A stretch of DNA of 64,000 nt from Minisyncoccia bacterium (lineage in GTDB: Bacteria > Patescibacteriota > Minisyncoccia > Phycocordibacterales > PALSA-1337). Of this stretch, positions 9,215 to 18,269 are shown one piece after another. Position 1 is the stretch's first letter. Each line of letters starts with the position of its first letter. The translations under genes were made by a program, and so were the position numbers. The stretch spans positions 65,664-129,663 of the forward strand of contig JBEKVT010000002.1 in NCBI GenBank assembly GCA_049997795.1. Reading direction: 5' to 3'. The notes beneath the pieces are model-generated. The model saw only the letters and a list, made by a program, of their open reading frames with translations, searched no databases and was not told the origin of the DNA.

Positions 9215-10099
9215 ATGCGCAGGATATCTTTATCGGATCTGATATTCGGGATAGCGATCGGATCTTTGGCGCTCTTGCCGCGCGGCGTATCTGCTGCAGA
9301 GTTGAGCTTCAAACTGATCTCTGATGATGCCGCCGGCAACGGAGCGGCCGTCGTCGAGGCCCGTATCGACTCACAAGAGAAGGACATAAACGCGATCGAC
9401 GGCATAATCAGCCTCGTGGGCACGGGAAAGACGGATATATCGTCGGTCGGGATAGAGACCGGAGGGTCGGTATTGACGTTCTGGCCGGTCCCGCCGCAGT
9501 ATTCTCCGACCGAAAAAGTCATCCGCTTCACCGGGGGAGTGCCGAACGGCTTCGATCGCGAGGGACCTCTCTTCCGCATGCATATCTTCACGTCCTCGCC
9601 TGGCGACGTGACCATCTCGTGGATCGGCGGCTCCGCCTATCTTAATGACGGCAAGGGCACTAGAGAGGGCATATACGCCAAATCCATCGTTGTGTCACTC
9701 GCCCCGCAAAACCAGAGCACATCTAACGGGTATTCTTACGACAAGACGCCGCCGAATTTCGATTCTGTCCTCGTCGGACGAGATCCGAACACGTACGGCG
9801 GAAGATATTTCGTGAGCTTCCACGCGATCGACGACATCTCCGGCGTAGCCCGATACGAAGTCAGGGAAGGACAGGCCGTGACGAGCGTCGCGAACGGAGT
9901 CTATGTGTTCAAAGACCAGACCATGGCGACGCCGGTCTTCATCACGGCGTATGATCAGGCGGGGAACAGCAAGACGGTGACCGTCGGATCGCCATCCAAC
10001 CGGCCGAAAGACATCATGATTACGGCATTATTCGCGGTCATCCTAATCATCCTTTTCGCCGTATTCAGATACGGACATAAAAGAGCCGCCAAGAGATAG
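9215..10099 (+). CDS. Membrane-anchored surface protein with an N-terminal cohesin-like beta-sandwich module (a putative anchoring scaffoldin)
   Basis: Signal peptide, then AVVEARIDSQEKDINAIDGIISLVGTGKTDISSVGIETGGSVLTFW...GPLFRMHIFTSSPGDVTISWIGGSAYLND, which resembles the cohesin fold pattern. C-terminal TM IMITALFAVILIILFAVF plus a basic tail. Confidence 0.4.
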   Translation: MRRISLSDLIFGIAIGSLALLPRGVSAAELSFKLISDDAAGNGAAVVEARIDSQEKDINAIDGIISLVGTGKTDISSVGIETGGSVLTFWPVPPQYSPTEKVIRFTGGVPNGFDREGPLFRMHIFTSSPGDVTISWIGGSAYLNDGKGTREGIYAKSIVVSLAPQNQSTSNGYSYDKTPPNFDSVLVGRDPNTYGGRYFVSFHAIDDISGVARYEVREGQAVTSVANGVYVFKDQTMATPVFITAYDQAGNSKTVTVGSPSNRPKDIMITALFAVILIILFAVFRYGHKRAAKR

Positions 10100-10182
10100 G
10101 ATAGCGGAGCTTTCGGTGGCGTCGTGATCGTAAACGATCACGACATCCTACCGAAATATAGTCACTTCGTTCCTTATTTCGG

Positions 10183-10253
10183 TGGACCTAGGGGGAGTCG
10201 AACCCCCGCCTCGGCAATGCGAATGCCGCGTAATACCACTTTACTATAGGCCC
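10183..10253 (-). tRNA. tRNA-Ala (anticodon CGC)
   Basis: The reverse complement GGGCCTATAGTAAAGTGGTATTACGCGGCATTCGCATTGCCGAGGCGGGGGTTCGACTCCCCCTAGGTCCA has a G3:U70 pair, anticodon loop TTCGCAT and T-loop TTCGACT. Confidence 0.75.
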
Positions 10254-10371
10254 CAGCGAGGTGCGAAATGAATATACCATGTCCATTCCGTCCGAGCGAC
10301 AGGCCTATATGAGCTAAGCGATCATAGGCCCGGCCGCCGCCTGCGGGTGCTTCTTGGCGGCTCTTTCAATG

Positions 10372-10442
10372 TCGGGGCGCCGAGAATCGAACTCGGACCT
10401 CACGCACCCGAAGCGTGTATACTACCACTATACTACGCCCCG
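10372..10442 (-). tRNA. tRNA-Pro (anticodon CGG)
   Basis: The reverse complement CGGGGCGTAGTATAGTGGTAGTATACACGCTTCGGGTGCGTGAGGTCCGAGTTCGATTCTCGGCGCCCCGA has C1:G72 (a Pro hallmark), anticodon loop TTCGGGT with G37, and T-loop TTCGATT. Confidence 0.75.
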
Positions 10443-10444
10443 TG

Positions 10445-10517
10445 TGGACCATACCGGACTCGAACCGGTCACCTCACCCATGCCATGGGTGCGCTCTACC
10501 AGATGAGCTAATGGCCC
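10445..10517 (-). tRNA. tRNA-Ala (anticodon GGC)
   Basis: The reverse complement GGGCCATTAGCTCATCTGGTAGAGCGCACCCATGGCATGGGTGAGGTGACCGGTTCGAGTCCGGTATGGTCCA has G3:U70 and anticodon loop ATGGCAT. Confidence 0.8.
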
Positions 10518-10608
10518 GTCATTCTGGCGCCTCCACTCTATCATAATTTGATGATTTTTCAAGAATGCCGTAAGCTTGGGGACGTGCCGACCGATCGGCT
10601 CGCGATTC

Positions 10609-10682
10609 CGGGCTGTAGTATAGTGGTAGTATACATCCATGGGGTGGATGCGGTCCGGGTTCGATTCCCGGCAGCCCGACCA
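10609..10682 (+). tRNA. tRNA-Pro (anticodon GGG), 3' CCA encoded
   Basis: CGGGCTGTAGTATAGTGGTAGTATACATCCATGGGGTGGATGCGGTCCGGGTTCGATTCCCGGCAGCCCGACCA has C1:G72 and anticodon loop ATGGGGT with G37. Confidence 0.8.
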
Positions 10683-10708
10683 GTGCGATTCGTTGGCGTG
10701 AATTATCA

Positions 10709-10782
10709 GCACCCTTAGCTCAGTCGGCTAGAGCGCGCCCTTCACACGGGCGAGGTCGCAGGTTCGAGCCCTGCAGGGTGCA
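10709..10782 (+). tRNA. tRNA-Val (anticodon CAC)
   Basis: GCACCCTTAGCTCAGTCGGCTAGAGCGCGCCCTTCACACGGGCGAGGTCGCAGGTTCGAGCCCTGCAGGGTGCA has anticodon loop TTCACAC. Confidence 0.85.
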
Positions 10783-10805
10783 CAACAAAAATAGGGGGAA
10801 ATAAA

Positions 10806-10823
10806 AAAGCGGCGCGGGCCGCT
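10806..10823. terminator. Bidirectional hairpin terminator between tRNA-Val and the convergent membrane-protein gene
   Basis: AAGCGGC GCGG GCCGCTT forms a 7-bp stem with a 4-nt loop, with an A-run upstream and T-containing sequence downstream. Confidence 0.5.
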
Positions 10824-10842
10824 TGGTTCCTTATAGGAAGAA

Positions 10843-11238
10843 TCAGAAGATCAAGAACAATATAAGCGAGAGGGTAGCTACAACGCCGACGAGGATGATG
10901 GTGGCGTTCCGCGACTTCCCGTACGCTTCGAGCTCCAGATCTCTGCCCGGCGACGGCATCTTGAGCATGGGGACTATCTCATCGAGCATCAGGCCGAAGC
11001 CGAGACCGACCAGGCCGATCGAGGCTGCGTTCCTCCAGCCGAAGACGAGCATGAATGCAGAGATCATGGCTAGCAGGAATCCCCAGTGGCCGTGATGGAT
11101 ATTGAGGCCGCTCTTCTCGCGAAGCGGCGTCCTGTCGAACGACGATCGCTTAATATTGAATTTGGTTCGCTGGTAGATCGTCGGCATGATCAACAACATC
11201 ACGAAGACCGCGAATTGCAAGTTTGTCAGAGTTTTCAT
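10843..11238 (-). CDS. Hypothetical polytopic membrane protein
   Basis: 131-aa ORF with several hydrophobic helices. It is convergent with the tRNA cluster and has no recognisable family motif. Confidence 0.5.
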   Translation of the reverse strand: MKTLTNLQFAVFVMLLIMPTIYQRTKFNIKRSSFDRTPLREKSGLNIHHGHWGFLLAMISAFMLVFGWRNAASIGLVGLGFGLMLDEIVPMLKMPSPGRDLELEAYGKSRNATIILVGVVATLSLILFLIF

Positions 11239-11347
11239 TGTTCAACATTCGGTTGTGTGTTCTAACAGTGATGTTAGCATAAGAAACCAGTTTGTCATCC
11301 CGTGATGAGCTTGCACCAACTGGGCTGTTTACGCTAGTATATCCGTC

Positions 11348-11539
11348 ATGGAAATGTTCGGCGACGCCATCGGGGCGCTTTTTAAGTTATGGGAAGAGAT
11401 GTTCCTCGTCATTCTTGCCGTCCTGCCGAAAGCCTTCAAACTCGTCCTGTGGGTTCTCCTCGCCGCCGTCATCCTGCCGTGCGTCTTCGTGGCCGGCAAC
11501 ATATACCCGAAGTGGGTGGAGTGGGGCGAAGATTTCTAG
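11348..11539 (+). CDS. Small hypothetical membrane protein (63 aa)
   Basis: Two predicted TM helices. It ends 13 nt before zwf. Presence only; weak support. Confidence 0.3.
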   Translation: MEMFGDAIGALFKLWEEMFLVILAVLPKAFKLVLWVLLAAVILPCVFVAGNIYPKWVEWGEDF

Positions 11540-11551
11540 TACAATGACCGT

Positions 11552-12970
11552 ATGAGCCAGACCCAAGGGAAAGCCGCCGCTTCGGCCGCTCTCCATCCGA
11601 CCATCTTCGTCATCTTCGGCGTGACGGGCGACCTTGCCGGCCGCAAGCTCATCCCGGCTCTCCTAGGCCTTTTCTCCAAAAGGATGCTGCCTCAGCGCTT
11701 CGCCGTCATCGGCTTCTCCCGCCGGCCGTTCTCGAGAGAGGAGTTCCGCGAACTCATCCGGGAGAAGATGGGCGTCAAGCCGGGCGAATTCAGGGAAGAG
11801 GACGTGAAGCATTTCCTGGATCACATGTCGTACGAGCAGGGCTTGTTCGACGAGCCGGCAGCTTATGAACGGCTGTCGGCCCACGTCAAGGCGATCGACG
11901 ACCGCTGGGGCCAATGCTCGAACAAGCTGTTCCATCTGGCCGTGCCGCCGAGCCTCTACGAAGGCATCCTGAGGCGCCTGTCAGAATCGGGCCTGACCGA
12001 GACGTGCGCCGACGAGACCGGCTGGACCAGGATACTCATCGAGAAGCCTTTCGGCCGCGACCTGCCGACGGCCCAGGCCCTGGACAAGCTCCTGGGCAAG
12101 CTCTTCGAAGAGGAGCAGATCTTCCGCATCGACCATTACCTCGCCAAGGAATCATTGCAGAACATCCTGGCCTTCCGCTTCAACAACTCGCTGTTCGAGC
12201 CTATCTGGCGCCGAGATTTCATCGACAAGATCCACATCAAGCTCTTCGACGGAAGCGGCGTGGAAGAGCGGGGCGACACCTACGACGCCATGGGCGCTCT
12301 TAAGGATGTCGGCCAGAACCACATGCTGATGATGCTCTCGGCCATGACCATGGACAAGCCGAAGTCGTTCTCCGGCGCCGACATCCGGGCCGAGCGCGCC
12401 CGCGTCCTAAGTAAGCTCAGGGTCGCCACAGACCGGTCGGCGAAAAAGTGTTCGGTGAGAGGGCAATATTCCGGCTACCAGGCCGAGCCGGGTGTCTCGA
12501 AGCAATCGGAGACGGAGACTTATTTCCGCGTCAAGTCTTACATCAGCTCCTTCCGCTGGAAAAAAGTGCCGCTCTATCTCGAGTCCGGCAAGGGCCTCTC
12601 GGAGACCAAGACCGAGATCGACGTCTATTTCAAGGGCGGCAAGAACGAGAACGAGCAGAACATCCTGACTTTCCGCATCCAGCCGGACGAGGGCATCAAG
12701 ATCAAGTTCTTCGTCAAGACGCCGGGCCATGAATTCAGGGTCGAGCCGAAGACCTTGAAGTTCAAGTACGCCGACGTGCCAGCCGCCAACTGGCAGTCCA
12801 TGCCCAACGACTATGAGCGCCTGATCCACGATGCTTTCATCGGCGACCAAACCTTGTTCGCCTCGACCGAAGAGATCCTGGCCTCATGGAAATTCATCGA
12901 AGCCGTCCTCACGAGCTGGGAGGGCCTGCCGCTAATCAAATACGGAAGGGGAGCGAGGGAAGTGGGGTAA
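11552..12970 (+). CDS. zwf: Glucose-6-phosphate 1-dehydrogenase
   Basis: IFGVTGDLAGRKLIPAL NADP-binding motif and the RIDHYLAKE active-site signature. TACAAT lies 6 nt upstream of the ATG (leaderless). Confidence 0.9.
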   Translation: MSQTQGKAAASAALHPTIFVIFGVTGDLAGRKLIPALLGLFSKRMLPQRFAVIGFSRRPFSREEFRELIREKMGVKPGEFREEDVKHFLDHMSYEQGLFDEPAAYERLSAHVKAIDDRWGQCSNKLFHLAVPPSLYEGILRRLSESGLTETCADETGWTRILIEKPFGRDLPTAQALDKLLGKLFEEEQIFRIDHYLAKESLQNILAFRFNNSLFEPIWRRDFIDKIHIKLFDGSGVEERGDTYDAMGALKDVGQNHMLMMLSAMTMDKPKSFSGADIRAERARVLSKLRVATDRSAKKCSVRGQYSGYQAEPGVSKQSETETYFRVKSYISSFRWKKVPLYLESGKGLSETKTEIDVYFKGGKNENEQNILTFRIQPDEGIKIKFFVKTPGHEFRVEPKTLKFKYADVPAANWQSMPNDYERLIHDAFIGDQTLFASTEEILASWKFIEAVLTSWEGLPLIKYGRGAREVG

Positions 12971-12976
12971 AGGAAA

Positions 12977-13005
12977 AGCCCGCTCCAGTGAAGGTGCGGG
13001 CTTGT
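12977..13005. terminator. Hairpin terminator shared by convergent zwf and the 13028-13363 gene
   Basis: AAGCCCGC tccagtgaaggt GCGGGCTT is an 8-bp perfect stem. Confidence 0.45.
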
Positions 13006-13027
13006 AAATGCTCGTCTCGTCAGTCGC

Positions 13028-13363
13028 TTACCTCATCATCTTCAGCGTTTCTTCAATGAGGAACGCTGCGATAAACGCGGTGAGCATGATCGCAGGCAAG
13101 TACCTGAGGGCCATGCTCGGCGGGCCCTTCCATTCGCCCGGGGGAGCCTTCAGCCCCTTGCTCACACTGACGAGGATGAACGCCACCCCGGCCACGAACG
13201 AGCAGAAGCTCAACAATTCGGTCAGACGGATGTAGGGCAGGGCTTTCGCTACCCCCAGCGGCTCACAGAGGATGTAGCCAAATCCCCAGAAAGAGAGGAT
13301 GACACCACCCACTCCGAGGAAGAGACAAATATCCGAGATGATGTTTTTGGTCTTGTTATTCAT
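13028..13363 (-). CDS. Hypothetical membrane protein (111 aa)
   Basis: Three hydrophobic segments. No family assignment possible by eye. Confidence 0.45.
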   Translation of the reverse strand: MNNKTKNIISDICLFLGVGGVILSFWGFGYILCEPLGVAKALPYIRLTELLSFCSFVAGVAFILVSVSKGLKAPPGEWKGPPSMALRYLPAIMLTAFIAAFLIEETLKMMR

Positions 13364-13548
13364 TGGTTAAGTCTGGTTTGAAAGGCGATAATCCGCTCGG
13401 CGCAATGCCGGCAAGTCGATTATTTCCTTTCTGCCAAACTCAACCTGAATACCTGATCTCAATGTGCTTTTACCCTTATATTATACACCATAATATACCT
13501 ACTTGTCAAGCTCTATTAAACGCCTCAAAATAATGCTAATTTAGCCGT

Positions 13549-14646
13549 ATGTCTCTCTCTATCGGCATAGTTGGCTTGCCGAATGTCGGAAAATCGACGC
13601 TATTCAACGCGCTCACGAAAAAGTCGGTGCCGGCGGAGAATTATCCTTTCTGCACCATAGACCCGTCGGTCGGTGTGGTGGCCGTGCCCGACGAGCGACT
13701 CGGCAAGCTCTCGGCATTCTCGAAGTCCGAAAAGACCATTCCGGCGGCGGTCGAATTCACGGACATCGCCGGCCTGGTCAAGGGCGCCTCGGAAGGCGAG
13801 GGCCTCGGCAACCAGTTCCTGTCGCACATCCGCGAGACCGATGCCATCGCCGAGGTCGTGCGCATCTTCGAGGACGAGAACGTCATCCATGTGCACGGCA
13901 AGATCGACCCCCTGAAAGACATAGAAGTCGTCAACCTGGAATTGATCATGGCTGATATGCAGACCATCGCCAAGAGGAAGAATTCCATCGGCAAAGAGGT
14001 CAAGGCCGGCAAGAAGGAGGCCGTCATTGAGGCCGGGCTATTGGAAAAACTCGAACCGGCCCTTCAGGCCGGCAAATTGGCTTCAATGGTCAAAACGACC
14101 GAGTTCGAAGCGCCTTTCTTGAAACAATTGTGTTTGATAACCGCCAAGCCGATCCTGTACGTCCTGAACAAGAAGGCCGGCGCGAAGAATCTGGACGAAT
14201 TGAAAGACGGAAGATGGAACAGGCTCATGGAGCTTTTAAAATCAACGAATGCCGGCTATGTGATAGTGGACGCCGGCATCGAACAGGAATTGAAAGACCT
14301 GGAAGAATCTGACAAGAAGGAGATGCGGGAAGGGCTTGGCTCGCATGACGACGGAGTCAACGACCTCATCCGCAAGGGTTATGACCTGCTTGGCCTCATC
14401 ACTTACTTCACGACTGGGACCGACGAGACGCGAGCCTGGACGATCAAGGGCGGCTGGACTGCCCCGGAAGCCGGCACCGCCATTCACACCGACTTCAAGG
14501 ATAAATTCGTGCGGGCCGAAGTCATTCAATGGCAAGAGCTCCTCAACGTAGGCTCTTACGCCGCTGCCCGCGAGAAGGGCCTGATCAGGACGGAAGGGAA
14601 AGAATACGTCGTCAAGGACGGCGACGTCATCGAATTCAAGATATAG
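13549..14646 (+). CDS. ychF: Ribosome-binding ATPase YchF (Obg-like GTPase family)
   Basis: P-loop [18 protein letters not shown] and a C-terminal TGS-like region ([12 protein letters not shown]). Confidence 0.9.
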   Translation: MSLSIGIVGLPNVGKSTLFNALTKKSVPAENYPFCTIDPSVGVVAVPDERLGKLSAFSKSEKTIPAAVEFTDIAGLVKGASEGEGLGNQFLSHIRETDAIAEVVRIFEDENVIHVHGKIDPLKDIEVVNLELIMADMQTIAKRKNSIGKEVKAGKKEAVIEAGLLEKLEPALQAGKLASMVKTTEFEAPFLKQLCLITAKPILYVLNKKAGAKNLDELKDGRWNRLMELLKSTNAGYVIVDAGIEQELKDLEESDKKEMREGLGSHDDGVNDLIRKGYDLLGLITYFTTGTDETRAWTIKGGWTAPEAGTAIHTDFKDKFVRAEVIQWQELLNVGSYAAAREKGLIRTEGKEYVVKDGDVIEFKI

Positions 14647-14670
14647 CCGGCAAGTGCTATGATGATGCGT

Positions 14671-17091
14671 ATGAATAACAAGCTCCCGGCATACGACCCG
14701 GCCAAGATAGAGAAGAAGTGGCAGAAGAAGTGGGCCGCTTCGAAGCTGTACCGCTCCGAAGAGACGGCCGGCAAGAAGAAGGCTTATATCCTGGACATGT
14801 TCCCGTATCCGTCCGGCGAAGGCCTTCACGTCGGTCATCCCAAAGGCTACATCGCCACGGATATTGTCTCGCGCATGAGGCGCATGCAGGGCCTGAACGT
14901 CCTGCATCCCATGGGCTTCGACGCTTTCGGCCTGCCGGCGGAGAATTACGCCCTGAAGATGAAGACCAATCCCATGATCGGCGTAGCCAAGAACGTCGAG
15001 CGCTTCAAGGAACAGCTGGAGATCCTCGGCTTCGATTATGATTGGTCGCGGGAGATCAATACGACCGACCCGGAGTATTACAAGTGGACGCAATGGATCT
15101 TCTTGCGATTATTCAAGAAGGGCCTGGCCTACGAATCGTACGAGCCGATCAACTGGTGCCCGTCGTGCAAGACGGGACTCGCCAATGAGGACGTCGAGGG
15201 CAGCCGGTGCGAGCGCTGCGGCACGCCGGTCGAGAAGAAGCCGATGAGGCAGTGGGTGCTCAAGATCACCGACTACGCAGACAAGCTTCTGCGCGATCTC
15301 GACGCGAAAGGCCCGGACAGCAAGCCGCTCATCGAATGGCCGGAGTCCATCAAGGAATTACAGAGAAACTGGATAGGCCGGAGCGAGGGGGCGCTCCTCA
15401 CGTTCAAGGTGAAGGGCGGCGGACGGGCGATCGACGTCTTCACCACGAGGCCGGACACTTTGTTCGGCGTGACTTACATGGTCGTCGCCCCAGAACACAA
15501 GCTGGTGAAAGAGCTTTTGCCGTCCGTCGAGAACAAGAAGGAAGTAGAGAGTTATATCGCCAAGGCCGCGATCGCCACGGAGATCGAGCGGACGGACATG
15601 ACCAAGGATAAGACCGGCGTCGAATTGAGGGGCGTCAAGGCGGTGAATCCCGCCAACAATGAGGAAGTGCCGGTATGGATCGCCGACTACGTTCTGGCCG
15701 ATTACGGCACCGGCGCCGTCATGGCCGTGCCGGCACACGATGATAGGGATTACGCTTTCGCCAAGAAGTTCGGGCTGGCTATACGGGAAGTCATCGCGGG
15801 AGGGGATATCAACAAGACCGCGTACATCGAAGACGGTCGACTGGTCAATTCCGGCAAGTTCGACGGCAAGGATTCGCAAGCCGTGATGAAAGAGATCACG
15901 GGCTTCGCCCACGGCAAATGGGTGACGAAATACAAGCTCCGCGACTGGGTCTTCTCGCGCCAGAGGTATTGGGGCGAGCCGATCCCGATCATCCATTGCG
16001 AGAAGTGCGGCGCGGTGCCCGTGCCCGAAGAAGACCTGCCGGTCAAATTGCCTAAGGTGAAATACTATGAGCCTACGGGGACGGGGGAATCACCTCTGGC
16101 CGCTATCGATAAGTGGGTGAATGTGAAGTGCCCCAAGTGCGGCGGCAAAGGAAAGCGCGAGACCAACACCATGCCGCAATGGGCCGGCTCGAGCTGGTAC
16201 TATTTGCGATACGAGGACCCGAAGAATGACAAGGCGCTCGTCGACCTCGAAAAAGAGAAGTATTGGTCGCCTGTCGATTTGTATGTTGGTGGCGCCGAGC
16301 ACGCCACCCGCCATTTGATCTACGCCCGCTTCTGGCACAAATTCTTGTATGACATCGGCGCGGTCTCGACCATCGAGCCGTTCACCAGATTGCAGTCTGT
16401 CGGCCTCATCATGGGCGAGGACGGCCGGAAGATGTCCAAGCGCTTCGGCAACATCGTCAACCCGGACGACATCGTCAAGACTTACGGCGCCGACACCATG
16501 CGCCTCTATGAGATGTTCATGGGGCCGTTCGATCAGCAGATCTCTTGGAACACCTCGAGCATGGTCGGAGCGCGGCGGTTCATCGAGCGGGTGTGGAAAT
16601 TAAGAGAGAAAGCCGCCGAAGTTGGAGCTTCCGACCGGATCATTCACAAGACCGTCAAGAAGGTCACTGAGGACATAGAGAACCTCCGTTTCAACACTGC
16701 CATCAGCGCTCTGATGATAGCCCTGAACGAACTGGATAAAGGCAAGTCGATCGCCAGAAAAGACTTTGAATCATATTTGAAGCTACTGGCTCCGTTCGCT
16801 CCTCACGTCGCCGAAGAGCTGTGGATATCTCTCGGCAACAAGAAGTCGATCCATGTATCCGAATGGCCGAAATTCGATCCTGCCATGGTCAAGGACTCGA
16901 ATGCGTCGATAGTCGTCCAGATAAACGGCAGAGTCCGCGGATCCTTCGAGTCGGAGCGCGGGAAGGGGAAGGAATGGCTGGAGAACACGGCAAAAACCCT
17001 TCCGGAGGCCAAAAAATGGCTCGAGGGCAAGAAGATCAAGCGGATCGTGGTCGTGCCGGACAAATTGGTCAATGTCGTGACGGAATCTTGA
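14671..17091 (+). CDS. leuS: Leucyl-tRNA synthetase (short, about 807 aa)
   Basis: N-terminal YDPAKIEKKWQKKW, HIGH-region PYPSGEGLHVGHPKGY and a KMSKRFGN KMSKS motif. The ATG at 14671 lies 7 nt after TGCTATGAT; the ORF track starts it at 14659. Confidence 0.9.
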   Translation: MNNKLPAYDPAKIEKKWQKKWAASKLYRSEETAGKKKAYILDMFPYPSGEGLHVGHPKGYIATDIVSRMRRMQGLNVLHPMGFDAFGLPAENYALKMKTNPMIGVAKNVERFKEQLEILGFDYDWSREINTTDPEYYKWTQWIFLRLFKKGLAYESYEPINWCPSCKTGLANEDVEGSRCERCGTPVEKKPMRQWVLKITDYADKLLRDLDAKGPDSKPLIEWPESIKELQRNWIGRSEGALLTFKVKGGGRAIDVFTTRPDTLFGVTYMVVAPEHKLVKELLPSVENKKEVESYIAKAAIATEIERTDMTKDKTGVELRGVKAVNPANNEEVPVWIADYVLADYGTGAVMAVPAHDDRDYAFAKKFGLAIREVIAGGDINKTAYIEDGRLVNSGKFDGKDSQAVMKEITGFAHGKWVTKYKLRDWVFSRQRYWGEPIPIIHCEKCGAVPVPEEDLPVKLPKVKYYEPTGTGESPLAAIDKWVNVKCPKCGGKGKRETNTMPQWAGSSWYYLRYEDPKNDKALVDLEKEKYWSPVDLYVGGAEHATRHLIYARFWHKFLYDIGAVSTIEPFTRLQSVGLIMGEDGRKMSKRFGNIVNPDDIVKTYGADTMRLYEMFMGPFDQQISWNTSSMVGARRFIERVWKLREKAAEVGASDRIIHKTVKKVTEDIENLRFNTAISALMIALNELDKGKSIARKDFESYLKLLAPFAPHVAEELWISLGNKKSIHVSEWPKFDPAMVKDSNASIVVQINGRVRGSFESERGKGKEWLENTAKTLPEAKKWLEGKKIKRIVVVPDKLVNVVTES

Positions 17092-17206
17092 CAAATCATA
17101 GATATGAAGGTAATATGAAAAAACCCTGATTTTGACCGATTTTCAGCAAATCCACACATAATTGACTTTATTACAAGCAGGTGATAGAAATAACATAACA
17201 ACACCC

Positions 17207-18247
17207 ACCATGGCCACCGCCGTCGTCTCATTCAAACCAAAACAAGTCGTCAAGCGCCTGCTTTCGAGCCTGCCTGATCGCGCCCGCGAGATCATCGTCT
17301 ATCGCTACGGCCTCGGCTCGGACGACAAACGCATGACCCTGGACGCCATCGGCAAAAAATACGGCATCACCAGGGAACGCGTCAGGCAAGTCGAGAATTA
17401 CGCTCTCGGCGTCGTCCGCAAATCGCAGGAATATGCCCGCGAGAAAGCGGCCTTCGCGGAGATGGAGACTCTGCTGCACTCGCTCGGCGGGGTAGTGGTG
17501 GAAGAAGACTTCCTCGGCCACGTCTCCAAAGACAAGAGCCTGCAGAATCACGTCCACTTCCTCTTGGTCGTGGGCGAGCCTTTCAAGAAGCGCAAGGAAG
17601 ACGAGGATTTCCGCCACCGCTGGCACGTCAACGAGGAGCTCGCCAAGAAGGTCGAAGAGGCTCTGAAGAAGCTGTACGCCGGCCTCTCCACCGAAGCCCT
17701 TCTACCGGAGTCGGAGATGGTCAACCGGCTCCTCACTCACCTCGAAGACGTCTCCGAGCGCTACAAGAACCAGGAGATCATCAAGCGCTGGCTTTCCATC
17801 TCCAAGAAGGTCGGCCGTAACAGCCTGGGCGATTGGGGTCTCACCCATTCCTCGAACATCCGCACCAAGGGCGTGCGCGACTACGCATTCCTGGCTATCC
17901 GGAAGCACGGTTCGCCGATCCATTTTCGCGACGTGGCCAAGCAGATCGAGAAGCTTTTCAACAAGAAAGCCCACGTGGCCACCACCCATAACGAGCTCAT
18001 CAAGGACAAGCGCTTCGTCCTGGTCGGCCGCGGCCTCTACGCCCTGGCCGAGTGGGGCTATGCGCCCGGCGTCGTCCGTGACGTCATCAAGAATATCCTG
18101 GAGAAGAACGGGCCGCTTTCGAAGGAGGACGTCATCGCCAAGGTCCTGAAAGAGCGCTACGTCAAAGAGAACACCATCGCCGTCAATCTGCAGAACCCGA
18201 AATATTTCAAGCACGACAAGGACGGCAGATACGCCATCGCGGCATAG
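17207..18247 (+). CDS. DNA-binding protein with a sigma-70 region-4-like HTH and a C-terminal HARE-HTH/winged-helix domain
   Basis: REIIVYRYGLGSDDKRMTLDAIGKKYGITRERVRQVENYAL resembles sigma-70 region 4. FLAIRKHGSPIHFRDVAKQIE...VLVGRGLYALAEWGY resembles HARE-HTH. The ORF track begins at a TTG (17162); the ATG at 17207 is preferred. Confidence 0.6.
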   Translation, partial: TMATAVVSFKPKQVVKRLLSSLPDRAREIIVYRYGLGSDDKRMTLDAIGKKYGITRERVRQVENYALGVVRKSQEYAREKAAFAEMETLLHSLGGVVVEEDFLGHVSKDKSLQNHVHFLLVVGEPFKKRKEDEDFRHRWHVNEELAKKVEEALKKLYAGLSTEALLPESEMVNRLLTHLEDVSERYKNQEIIKRWLSISKKVGRNSLGDWGLTHSSNIRTKGVRDYAFLAIRKHGSPIHFRDVAKQIEKLFNKKAHVATTHNELIKDKRFVLVGRGLYALAEWGYAPGVVRDVIKNILEKNGPLSKEDVIAKVLKERYVKENTIAVNLQNPKYFKHDKDGRYAIAA

Positions 18248-18269
18248 GAAACTTTGTTATAATAGGGCC

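Noticed and set aside
10428-10712. 94-aa minus-strand ORF in the tRNA cluster
   Set aside because: It overlaps three tRNA genes and has no RBS or promoter. The ORF is an artefact.
13028-13363. Holin or toxin assignment for the small membrane proteins (13028, 35582, 45406, 58242, 58628)
   Set aside because: Hydrophobic helices alone give no basis for such calls. They are left as hypothetical membrane proteins.
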